Shown here piece after piece: positions 49,530 through 60,157 of a DNA stretch of 64,000 nucleotides (the stretch's first letter is position 1; each line of letters begins with the position of its first letter). Origin of the DNA: Isurus oxyrinchus (lineage: Eukaryota); the NCBI GenBank assembly GCA_026770705.1, contig JANJGN010000026.1:38812001-38876000 (forward strand), written 5' to 3'. The position numbers were made by a program, and so were the translations under genes. Below the pieces are notes generated by a model. The model had not been told where the DNA came from, did not search any database, and saw nothing but the letters and a program-made list of their open reading frames with translations.

Positions 49530-50130
49530 GAGACATTTAGAAGAGCAATAAACACTTGGTTTCATTTCTAGAGGGTGAGCATTGAAAAACAGAGGTTTTG
49601 TTCTACCCTGTATCAAGAGATGGGAGCACTGTGCACGGTTCTGGCCTCCATATTATAAAAAAGGATATAGAGGCACCAGAGAAGATGCAAAACAAATAAG
49701 ATTTACAAGGATGATTCCAGATCTGAGAGGTTATAACCATCAGGAAAGACTGAACAGGCTGAGGCTCTTTTCTCCAGAAAAGAGAAGGCTGAGAGGATGA
49801 CCTGATCATGGTCCTTAACATGATGAAAGGGTTTCGAGCGGGTAGCCATAGAGAAGATGTGGAGGAGACCAGAACTGGACTGTGGGTGTAGGGATGGTTA
49901 GTGGTTATCAATATAAGATAGTCATTAATAAATCCAAAGGGGAATTCAGGACAATTTACCCAGAGAGTGGGAAGAATGTGGAACTCGCTCCCATAGGGAG
50001 TGGTCGAGGTGTATAGCATTTAAGGGAAAGAGTTAGGGGTGGGGGTGGTGGTAGTGGGACTAACCCAATCGCTCGTCAGAAGTTCTGGCATGGACTCGAT
50101 GGGCTGAATAGTCTCCTTCAGTGCTGCACA
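49530..50130 (+). mobile_element. Degraded CR1 3' fragment
   Basis: RFTRMIPDLRGYNHQERLNRLRLFS. Confidence 0.8.
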
Positions 50131-50879
50131 ATTGGGTGAACGGGAGCAAACTTTCAGCCAAGCTTTCTTTCTATATCCAAACTGGTTGGGTTAAGACCTG
50201 TCAAAACCTAATTGTACCACCCTGTGATAACCCACTCCCTCTCGAAGGTGCCGCACTGCCTCCCTTGTGGGGGACGGGGGACAGCTTCGGGGAAATCAGT
50301 ACGGAGCTGGGAAATGGCTGCTGGTGCCCTCCTGCCACACTTGGTAAAGCCTGGCACCTTCACAGTCAGTTATTTGAACTGTAAATGGTTGGGCATTGAT
50401 ATCGTGACACCTTCCCTACAACCATCAGGGTTGTCGCTCGAGTAAACAAGGAGAAACTGTTTCCAGTGGCAGGAGGGTCGGTGAACAGAGGGAGACAGAT
50501 TGAAGTGAATCGGGAAAAAAACCAGAAGGGGAGATGAGGGGATTTTTTTTCTACACAGCGAGTTGTTGTGATCTGGGAAGTGCTGCCTGAAAGGGCGGTG
50601 GAAGCAGATTCAACAGGAACTTTCAAAACGGGAATTGAATAAATAGTAGAAGGGGAAATTGTGGCAGGGCTATGGGGGAAAGAGCGACGTGGGGAAAGTG
50701 GGACTAATTGGATAGATCTTTCAGAGAGTCGGCACAGGCACAATGGGCTGAATGGCCTCTTCCTGTGTTGTAAGATTTTATGAATCATTTATTTCTGCCC
50801 ACACACTGGATTTTGCACCCTCCACAGTCACTAACTAGCACGTTTGCTTGTTTTTGTCAGTTTTATTCTGTTCTCTGTC

Positions 50880-51560
50880 ATACCCGCCTCCCTCTCCTGC
50901 TCTTCCATTTTCCCTCTCCTCCTCTCCCGCTCTCCCACTCCCCCCGCTCTCTCTCTCCTTCCCTCCCGCTCTCCCACTTCCCCTGGTCTCTCTCTGCTTC
51001 TCTTCCACTTTCCCACTCCCCCTGGTCTCCCTCTCCTTCCCACCCTCTCTCCCATTCTCAGCGGTCTCTTTTTCTCTCCTTCTCTCCCACCCTCCCACTC
51101 CCTGGTCTCCTTCCCTTGCTTTCTGCTCTCCCACTCCCCTGGTCTCTCTCTCCTTCCCTCCTGGTCTCCCTCCCCTTCCCTCCCACTGTCCCACTACACC
51201 AGTCTCCCTCTCCATCTCTCCTGCTAGCCCACACCCCCGCTGTCTCCATCTCTCCTGCTCTCCCATTTTCCCCGGTCTCTCTCTCCTGCTCTCCCATTCT
51301 CCCCGGTCTCTCCTTCCCTCCCACTCTCCCACTCCCCATGGTGTCTCTCTCCTCTCCCGCTCTCCCATTCTCTCTGGTCTCTCTCTCTCTCCCGCTCTCC
51401 TGTTCTCTCTGGTCTCTCTCTCTCCTTCTCTCCCACTCTCCCTGGTCTCTCTCTCCTTCTCTCCCACACTCCCATTCTACACGGTCTCTCCCTCCTTGTC
51501 TTCTGCTCTCCCGTTCTCTCCAGTCTCTTTCTCCTTCTCTCCCGCTCTCCCGCTCCCCAG
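50880..51560. repeat. Pyrimidine-rich degenerate tandem repeat
   Basis: CTCTCCCACTCCCCTGGTCTCTCTC units. Confidence 0.85.
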
Positions 51561-51870
51561 TTAGGGGAGGCGATGGTGCAGTGATATTGTCGCCTGACTA
51601 GTCATCCAGAGACCCAGGGTAATGCTTTGGGGGCCCGGGTTCGAATGGTAGTGGGTTCAGATGGTGGAATTTGAATTTAGTAAAAATCTGGAATTAAAAG
51701 TCGTATGATAACCATGAAATCATTGCCGATTGTTGTAAAAACCCACCTGGTTCACTAATGCCCCTTTAGGGAGGGAAATCTGTCATCCTTACCTGGTCTG
51801 GCCTACATGTGACCCCAAACCCTCAGCAAAGTGGTTGACTCCTAACTGCCCTCTGAAATGCCGAGCTGCC
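51560..51870 (+). mobile_element. Shark SINE
   Basis: Colinear with the 56100 copy. Confidence 0.7.
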
Positions 51871-52016
51871 ACTCAAAACCGCTATAACGTCTCGACAAAG
51901 GAACGAAACTGAATGGGCCATCTGGCATCGACATAAGCACCGGAAATGACAACAGCAATCTCAGCCCCGTCGACCCTAAGTCCTCCCTAATAACACCTGG
52001 AGGAACCATATAAATA

Positions 52017-52625
52017 CTGTGGCTACAAGAGCAGGTCCAAGGCTAGTAATCCTGCGACGAGTAACCCACCTCCTGACTCTCCAAAGCCTGTCCATCATCT
52101 ACAAGGCACAAGTCAGGAGTATGATGGAATACTCCTCACTTGCCTGGATGAGTACAGCTCCCTCAACACTCAAGAAGCTGGACAACGTCCAGGACAAAGC
52201 AGCCCGCTTGATTGGCACCACATCCACAAACATTCACGCCCTCCACCACCAACACACAGTCACTGAAGTGTGTACCATCTACAAGATGCACTGCAGGTAT
52301 TCACCAAGACTCCTTTGACAGTATCTTCCAAACCTACGACCACTACCATCTAGAAGGACATGGGCAGCAGATAGATGGGAACACCACCACCCAGAATTTA
52401 CCCTCCAAGTCACTCACATCCTGACTTGGAAATATATCGGCCGTTCCTTCACTGTCACTGGGTCAAAATCCTGGAACCCCCTCCCTAACAGCACTATGGA
52501 TGTATCTGCACCACAGGGACTGCAGCGGTTCAAGAAGGCAGCTCACCACCACCTTCTCAAGGGCAATTAGGGCTGGGCAATAAATGCTGGCTCAGACAGC
52601 GAAGCCCAAATCCCATAAATGAATT
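52017..52625 (+). mobile_element. LINE 3' part (CR1-group)
   Basis: IYKAQVRSMMEYSSLAWMS..KLDNVQDKAARLI. Tail GGGCAATTAGGG.TGGGCAATAAATGCTGGC. Confidence 0.82.
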
Positions 52626-53134
52626 TTTTATAAAGTCTCTCTCTCCTTCTCTCCTGCTCTCTCATTCCCCAAGGTCTCCTTCTCCGTCTCTCCAGCTCTC
52701 TCATTTCCCCTGGTCTCCCTCTCCTTCTCTCCCTGTCCCACTCACCCTGCCTCCTGCTCTCTCTCTCCCCCTTTCCCTTTCTTCCATCCCCATTCATCAT
52801 CACCCTTTCTCGCTCTCTCTCTCTCCCTCGCTCTCCTCTAACCTGTTCTTCCTCTCTACCTCAATCTCTCTCTTTCTCCCCTCTCTCCCCCCCAACCCCC
52901 TTCCATCTGCCTCTCTCTGTCTCTGTCTTCCCCTCTCTGTCTCCTTCCCTCTCTTTCTCTCTTCACCCCAACCCCCACCCCCTCTCCCTTCGCTTTCTTC
53001 CACCCCACCTTTGGAAAATTGAGGGTTTGAATCCCAACTCTGTCTCTTTCTCTCCCACTCTCCCATTTCTCCTGCTCCCTCTCCTTCTCTCCCGTTCCCC
53101 TGGTCTCCTACTCTTTCTCTCCCTCTCCCTGTTT

Positions 53135-53440
53135 ATACAGAGGAGAGTGTCAGGATGAAATCCAGTGTGTTATAGAGAGGAGAGGGTGTCAGGGTGGAAT
53201 CCAGTGGGTGATGCAGAGGTGAGAGGGTCGGGTGGAATCCAATGGGTTTTACAGAGGAGAAAGGGTCAGGATGGGATTCAGTGATTTTTACAGAGGAGAG
53301 AGGGTCAGGGTGGAACCCAGTGGTTTTTACAGAGGAGAAAGGGTCAGGATGGGATCCAGTTGTTTTTACAGAGGGTAGAGGGTCAGGGTAGAATCCAGTG
53401 AGTTATACAGGGGAGAAAAGGTTGGATGGAATCCAGTGGT
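53135..53440. repeat. Minisatellite, 39-bp period
   Basis: ACAGAGGAGAGAGGGTCAGGGTGGAATCCAGTG units at 53251, 53290 and 53329. Confidence 0.85.
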
Positions 53441-54354
53441 TTATTCTTTCCTTCCCTCATATTTTTTCCTCCCTCCCTCCCTCCCTTCCAACAATTTCCA
53501 CAATTTTTTCCTTCCATTTCTTCATCCTTCCTTCCTCATGCATTTCCTCCCTCCCCTTCTTTTAACCTCGGAAGAGAGAGGAGGGCACCCGAGGGTTAGC
53601 CTGAGAGACAGGATTGGCTGGTTGATACCCGGTGAGATTGGCCCATGTGGTTTACATTGGGATTGGAGGTCCACTTAGCAGGAAAAGAGGAGATGATTGG
53701 ACAGTCTTCAAAGAGGTAAGTAGAGAGGATGAGGCGGATTTATGTAGGGAAAGAATCTAGAGAGAGAGAGAGGGGAGGAGGCAAAGCAGACTGGCAAGTT
53801 TTTGTCCCTGAGTATAATCCTACCTCTGCAGATCATTATCTATTGATTAATTTAATTCTGTGTGTAGACAGTCGACACACAATGAATGAGTTAAGAATAG
53901 TTTGGGGACCACAATTGTGTAGTTCATATCATGGCTGCTGATAGATTTCATATAATTATCTTCTCAAGATATTGTGAACACACATCCCTCATGTGAACTG
54001 ATTAATGCTAATAAATGGTCTGTGCACAATGCTTGACACACAAGATGTTTTACTGAATTAATAAATGTCTTAATGTGGCAGTTTTAATGGAATCGGATTA
54101 AGTTACCATTGAACATCTGGAGATAACACCTTCACTGACCATAATCCTGTTGGACAAAGCCAATTAGATTGGATTAAGAGGCACTGTTTAAGGGTTGTTT
54201 ATATGAACACTTTAGAGAACTATTGTTCACATTTTAGACCTGCCCATGTCCCAAAGCCTTTTATAACAAATGACAGAAGTACCAAACGCAGCTGCCAAAT
54301 TGAGCACAGCAAGATCCCGCCAACTTCAAGGTGGTTAATGACCAGATCATCTGA

Positions 54355-54660
54355 TTTAACCCTCCCTGTGTTCCTCAATCCTGCCCTCTTGAGCATCCCC
54401 GATTCCCATCGCTCCACCATTGGCGGCCGTGCCTTCAGCTGCCTAGGGCCCTAAGCTCTGGAATTCCCTCCCTAAACCTGTCCGACTCTCTCTCTCTCTC
54501 TCCTCCTTTAAGATACCCCTTAAAAACTGACCTCTTTGACTGAATTATTGGCTGCAATATCTCCTTATGTGACTTGGTGTCAAATGTAATAACGCTGCTA
54601 TGAAACACCTTGGGACGCTTTGCCATGCTAAAGGCGCTCGATAAATATAAGTTGTTGTTG
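54355..54660 (+). mobile_element. L2-type LINE 3' fragment
   Basis: IGGRAFSCLGP-LWNSLP motif. Confidence 0.7.
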
Positions 54661-54799
54661 CCGCTATTGCTTCCTTTTTACCCTTGGTGCCTGGATCGCC
54701 GGTATTGTTGCACCATTTTCCCACTTGGTTGAAGTTAAATTTTTTGCCTTCTTTTCTCTGCATGCTACTGAGGAGGTTGGAGTTCAAAGGCCGCGGCCA

Positions 54800-55078
54800 A
54801 TGGCTGCTCCAATCATGGCTGCCCTGAATGACTCGCAGATGAGGGAGCTAGGGCACTGGAGCGACTCGACCGGTGAGCAGTAGAGGCATTGCTACAACTA
54901 CTACGTGGCATTGCTCAGCCTCCTGATCTTCGTGGTGGTGTTTGGCAATGTGCTGGTGTGCATGGCAGTGCCCAGCGAGATGGCACTGCAGACCACCACC
55001 AACTACCTCATCATCAGCCTGGCTGTGACAGACCTACTGGTGGCCATGCTGGTGATGCCCTGGGTCATCTATCTAGAG
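54800..55078 (+). pseudogene. drd2: Dopamine D2-like receptor, first coding exon (TM1-TM2), with premature stop
   Basis: [58 protein letters not shown]. In-frame TAG at 54881-54883. Donor reads GCAAAA. Confidence 0.85.
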
Positions 55079-55337
55079 GCAAAACCGTTAGTTCAGTCCC
55101 GCGTATCGATAGGTGGGAGGGCCCCGAAGGGCGTTGGGCCTTGCAGCTACCGACATTACGCCTCAACAATCCCACCCACCGCCAAAGAGGTCCTATGTCC
55201 TTTTCCCACTTCCCTTCCTGGAGCCAGTCACTTGCGCATCAGTCACAGCCAGAACAAAGTCTCTCTTCTGGTCATCCATTTCGATACCAGGTGACTGGTG
55301 AACAACACATGACTGAACGTGACCATATAGAAACATA

Positions 55338-55466
55338 GGCCAGGATTTTATGGCCCCTCCTGCCTGGCGGGATATTACGATCCCGCCGAACTAAATGGAG
55401 ATTTAAATGGCTCGCCACTTCCTCTGGGGGAGAGACACGCTGCGGTGGGGCCATAAAATCCTGGCT
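55338..55466. mobile_element. MITE with 19-bp terminal inverted repeats (PIF/Harbinger-like)
   Basis: GCCAGGATTTTATGGCCCC (55339-55357) and GGGGCCATAAAATCCTGGC (55447-55465), with ATA on both flanks. Confidence 0.75.
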
Positions 55467-56000
55467 ATAGAAAATAGGAGCAGGAGTAGGTCATTCGGCC
55501 CTTGGAGTCTGTTCCACCATTCAATATGATCATTGCTGATCCTCTATCTCAATGCCACACTCCCGTGCTCTCCCCACATCCCTTGATGCCTTTGGAGTCT
55601 AGAAATCCATCTATTTCCTTCTCAAATATACTCAGTGACTTCTCTGTGGTAGAGAATTCCACAGATTCACCACCCTCTGAGTGAAGAAGTTTCTTCTCAT
55701 CTCAGCCCTATATGGCCTACCCCATATCCTGAGACTATGATGCCTTGTTCTTGACCACCCCACCAGCCAGAGGAAACGTCATCCCTGCATCCAGTCTGTC
55801 CAGCCCTGTCAGAATTTTATAAATTTCAATGAGATCCCCTCCCATTCTTCTAAACTCCAGTGAATACAGGCCTAGTCAGCCCAATCTCTCCTCATTAGAT
55901 AATCCTGCCACATCAGTAATCAGCTTGGTGAACCTTCACTGCACTCCCTCTATGGCAAGTATATCCTTTCTTAGGTAAGGAGACCAAAACTGCACACAGT
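55467..56000 (-). mobile_element. CR1 LINE 3' fragment
   Basis: CATAGAAA tail plus reverse-strand CVQFWSPYLRKDI. Confidence 0.8.
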
Positions 56001-56099
56001 AGCGACAGGAGCAGGCCGTTCAGTCCATCGAGCCTGTTTCACCATTCGATTGGGTCATCATGAAATGGTCCAGCACAGAAGGAGCCCATTTGGCCCATC

Positions 56100-56495
56100 A
56101 AATGGGGAGACAGTGGCATAGTAGCAATGTCACTGGGCTAGGAATCTGAAGGCCCAGTCTAACGCTCTGGGGACACGGGTTCAAATCCCTACAAGGCAGC
56201 TGGTAGAACTTAAATTCAATTAATAAATCAGGAATTGAAAGCCACTCTCAGTCTTGGTGACCATGAAATTATCATAAAAACCCAACTAGTTCACTAATGC
56301 CCTTTAGGGAAGGAAATCTGCCGTCCTTACCCAGTCTGGCCTACATGTCACTCCAGATCCACAGCGATATGGTTTACTTTTAATTGCCCTCTGAAATGGC
56401 CGAGCAAGCCACTCATTTCAGGGGCAATTAGGGATGGGCAACAAATGCTGGCCTTGCCAGCGACGCCCACATCCCATGAAAAAGATAAAAAGAAA
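56100..56495 (+). mobile_element. Shark SINE, near full length
   Basis: tRNA-like head (TGGCATAGTAG / GGTTCAAATCCC), shared core, LINE-derived tail and A-rich end. Confidence 0.8.
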
Positions 56496-58356
56496 ATTGA
56501 GTCTGCTGCAGCTTTTTGAAAGATCAATCCAATTAGTCCCCACTCTCCCCGCCGCCCCACCCACCCCCCCCCCGTCCCCCGCTGCTCTTTCCCCCGTGGC
56601 CCTGAAAATTTCTTCCCTTCCAGTATTTATCCAGTTCCCCCCTTTTGAAAGTCCCTGTTGAATCTACTTCCACCGCCCTTTCAGGCAGTGCCTTCCAGAT
56701 CACAACTCGCTGTGTGATTAAAAGCCGCTCTTCCTCATCTCGCCCCCTGCTGGTGACGCTCACTGCACCGAAGGCTTATCTGCCTGAGCAAAAACCTTTC
56801 CCACGTTGTCGCGGCCAACCCTCGGCCGCTGAACGATCTTCATGGATGGGGGATAGTATTGCAGCTGTCGGGCACACTTCTGAGTGTTGTGATCCTCCTA
56901 AGAGTGAATCTCGCAATCCCATCTCTCAATTGCTTTCATTACTACTTCAAATAAAGAAAAAACAAACATGAAATCAGCCGGCATAATGAAGCTATTCAGT
57001 GCACAAATGATAAAATATTCATTCATTATCATCCAACTGCTAAATGATTAATTTTGTATAATGTCTCCGCTAGATATCTAATCATACTACTTTCACACAA
57101 TTAAACCTGGAGCAAAATTAGTTTTATAGGAAATGAGAATTACTGTAATATTCTTTGCTGCAGCGCTTGTCAAACTAATTTATACTTCGCACTATCTAGA
57201 TTGTCTACAAGCGTTTAATCTCTTGGAACATTCTTCATCTTGAAATTAACCAAATTAATATTTTCGCCTTTTATATTCTTTTCAATGGAGATGTAATATC
57301 TCTATGGACCTCAGTGACTTTTGGGGGAAGAAAGTAAATGAGAATTTATGGTCAGGGAGAATTCATTAAAAGGGAATGAATTACTTAAATTAGAATATAT
57401 AGGCAGGCCAATGCAAATCAGTAAATCAACAATTAAACAGTTAAACCAGATGAACCTTTTACACTGTCGAACTTTGGACACCCTCAGGGTTTGCAATCAC
57501 CAGCAAGGTCCTGGGAATTAGACTGGAGTCAGAGGGTGGCAATAACATAGATTAAGTGTGCTCTTCAACAGATAGGGGAAGGACAGATGGTCCCAGTTTA
57601 GATAGAAAGGCAGGTCTCTGCCTGGGTGAAAGCAGGGTCAGATGATGCATGTACCAGAGACTTGTCTGTTTAATGTAAACCTATATGTTAACAAGATCGG
57701 AATCTGGAGCATGTTCTTGTATGTGACCAATAATATAAAAATGTTAACAGAGCACTGTCTCAAGCTGTATTGAGATGGTGACCTCCTTGCAATTGCTCGA
57801 ATGAACGATCGTAACCTGTATCTGAGCCTCCTGTGGTCCGTTCATCCAAGGCACCACATCAGTCACAAATGCATAAAACGACCCAAGTGTTAAGCCAATG
57901 TTCTCCAAGTTTGATTAATGTAGGTGCAGAATAAATGTTAGTTTCTCAACAGAAGATTGTTAAGATGATGTTATAACACATATTCAATGATTCAAATCAA
58001 TACATTCTCTTAGCATATTCATGTTTAGACTTTGAAAATGTCTAGGCTTTTTCTCTGGCATGAATTAATAATTGATGTGTCATTTAATGAAAAAGACAAT
58101 GAGTGCAAATCTGTCAACAGCAAAACAGCAGCAGAAAGTTTATAATTTCAACAACAACTTATGATTCTACAGCACCTTCAATTTAATGAAGTGTCTCCAA
58201 GATGCCTCACAGGAGTGATTATCAAACAATATTTGACCCCAAGCCACATCAGGAGATATGAGGGATCGGTGACCAAAAGCTCAGTCACACAGTGAGGTTT
58301 TAAGGAACGTCTTCAAGCAGAAGAGAGAGAGATAGAAAGAGAGAGGGAGAGAGATA

Positions 58357-59100
58357 GGGGCTGGAGGAGGTTCCAGACATAGGGAGGGTTGTAGGGGCTG
58401 GAGTGAGTTACAGAGATGAGGATGATTGTAGGGACTGGAGGAGGTTACAGAGATAGGCAGGGTTGTGTGGGTGGAAGGAGGTTACAGAGATAAGGAGGGT
58501 TGTAGGGGCTGGAGGAGGTTACAGAGATGGGGATGGTTGTAGGGACTGGAGGAGGTTACAGAGACAGGAAAGGTTGTAGGGACTGGAGGAGGTTACAGAG
58601 ATAGGAAAGGTTGTAGGGACTGGAGGAGGTTACAGAGATAGGAAGGGTTTTAAGGACTAGAGGAGGTTACAGAGATAGGAAGGTTTGTAAGGACTGGAGG
58701 AGATTACAGAGATTGGAAAAGCTTTAGGGACTAGAGGAAGTTACAGAGGTAGGGAGGATTGTGTGGGCTGGAAGAGGTTACAGAGATACGGAGAGCTGTA
58801 GGGACTGGAGGAGGTTACAGGGATAGGGAGGGTTGTAGGGGCTGGAGGAGGTTACAGAGATAAGGAGACTTGTAGGGACTGGAGGAGGTTACAGAGATAG
58901 GACAGGTTGTAGGGACTGAAAGAGGTTACAGAGATAGGAAAGGTTGTAGGGGCTGGAGGAGGTTACAGAGATAGGGAGCATTGTAGGGGCTGGAGGAGGT
59001 TACAGAGATAGGGAGCGTTGCAGGGGCTGGACGAGTTTACAGAGATGGGGGGGGGGGGGGTGCGGGTTGTAGGGGCTGGAGAAGGTTCCAGAGATAGGGA
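58357..59100. repeat. Minisatellite, 37-bp period, about 20 copies
   Basis: GGGACTGGAGGAGGTTACAGAGATAGGAAAGGTTGTA, e.g. at 58542 and 58579. Embedded in an L2-like remnant. Confidence 0.92.
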
Positions 59101-59665
59101 GGGGGCACAAGGAAAGATTTGAAAACAGGGATGAGAATTATAAAATTGAGTTTGGGTGAACCTTAAGTTTCCATAAACATATTCCTTGGAGCCATTCTTC
59201 CCGTTAATTCTGATGAGCCTATTTGGGGGTAACTACTGGAAGTGCGTATGGTAGGATCGGTTGGTGGCCCTTTGACCCTGTTCCCTGCAGCCTCCCCAGC
59301 CCCTCCCACACCCCCTGCAAAAGTGATCTTCTAACGAAAGTGTTTTAGAAGCACTGCTCTTAGGTGTCTTGTGCCCAAAGGCAGTCGAAGAACAAAACAC
59401 TGAGGACGCTGGAAATCCGAAATAAGAACAGAAAATGCTGGAATCACCCAGCATCTGTGAAGAGAGAAACAGAGTTAACGATTCAGGTCAGAACCAAAGG
59501 GTAAGGCACTGTAGGAATGCAGATCTTTTATCTGGATTTAAGGCTGGATATAGAGCTCCAGATGGCTGGAGGTGTTCTGTGATCTCGTGGAAAGGTTTGT
59601 TTGAAGGGATGCTAACCTGGCTGTGAACTGTTGCTGATGCTGTTTGTACTTTGCTCTGGTTAAAG

Positions 59666-59775
59666 GTGGTTGGCGAGTGGCGTTTCAGCTGGGTTCACTG
59701 TGACATCTTTGTGACACTGGATGTGATGCTGTGCACAGCCAGAATCCTCGGCCTGTGTGCCATCAGCATCGACAG
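59666..59775 (+). pseudogene. drd2: Dopamine D2-like receptor, second coding exon (TM3, 110 bp)
   Basis: AG acceptor, translation [37 protein letters not shown], donor GTAATC. Boundaries match the DRD2 exon structure. Confidence 0.88.
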
Positions 59776-60157
59776 GTAATCAGAGGGCTTTCAGTGACGT
59801 TCGCCAGTGTGGAAACAGGCCATTCGGCCCATCTGTTCCATGCTAGTATTCCTCCTCCACACGAGGTCCCTCCCTCCCCATCTTCACCATATCCTCTATT
59901 TCTTTCTGCTTCGTGTGTTTATCCTGCTTCCCCCTTAAATTCATCGATGCTATTCACCTCAACCATTCCCTGGATGCGAGTTCCACATTCTCCCCAATCT
60001 TTGGGTAAAGAAGTATCTCCTGAATTCACCATTGGATTTATTTTTAGGAATGTGGGCATCTGCTGGCAAGGTCAATATCACCCTTCAAATTTTGAATGAC
60101 CCGTCAGTGTTAGGGTTAGAGTCAACCACATATCTGTGGGTCTATAAAAGGGTTTTC

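Noticed and set aside
50780-51601. Pro/Ser/Leu-rich and Arg/Glu/Gly-rich ORFs
   Set aside because: Translations of a pyrimidine-rich repeat.
55079-55294. ORF continuation after YLE as a novel receptor C-terminus
   Set aside because: Homology stops at the conserved exon boundary, so this is intron read-through.
56100-56190. tRNA gene
   Set aside because: The A/B-box-like sequence is the head of a SINE and no full cloverleaf is evident.
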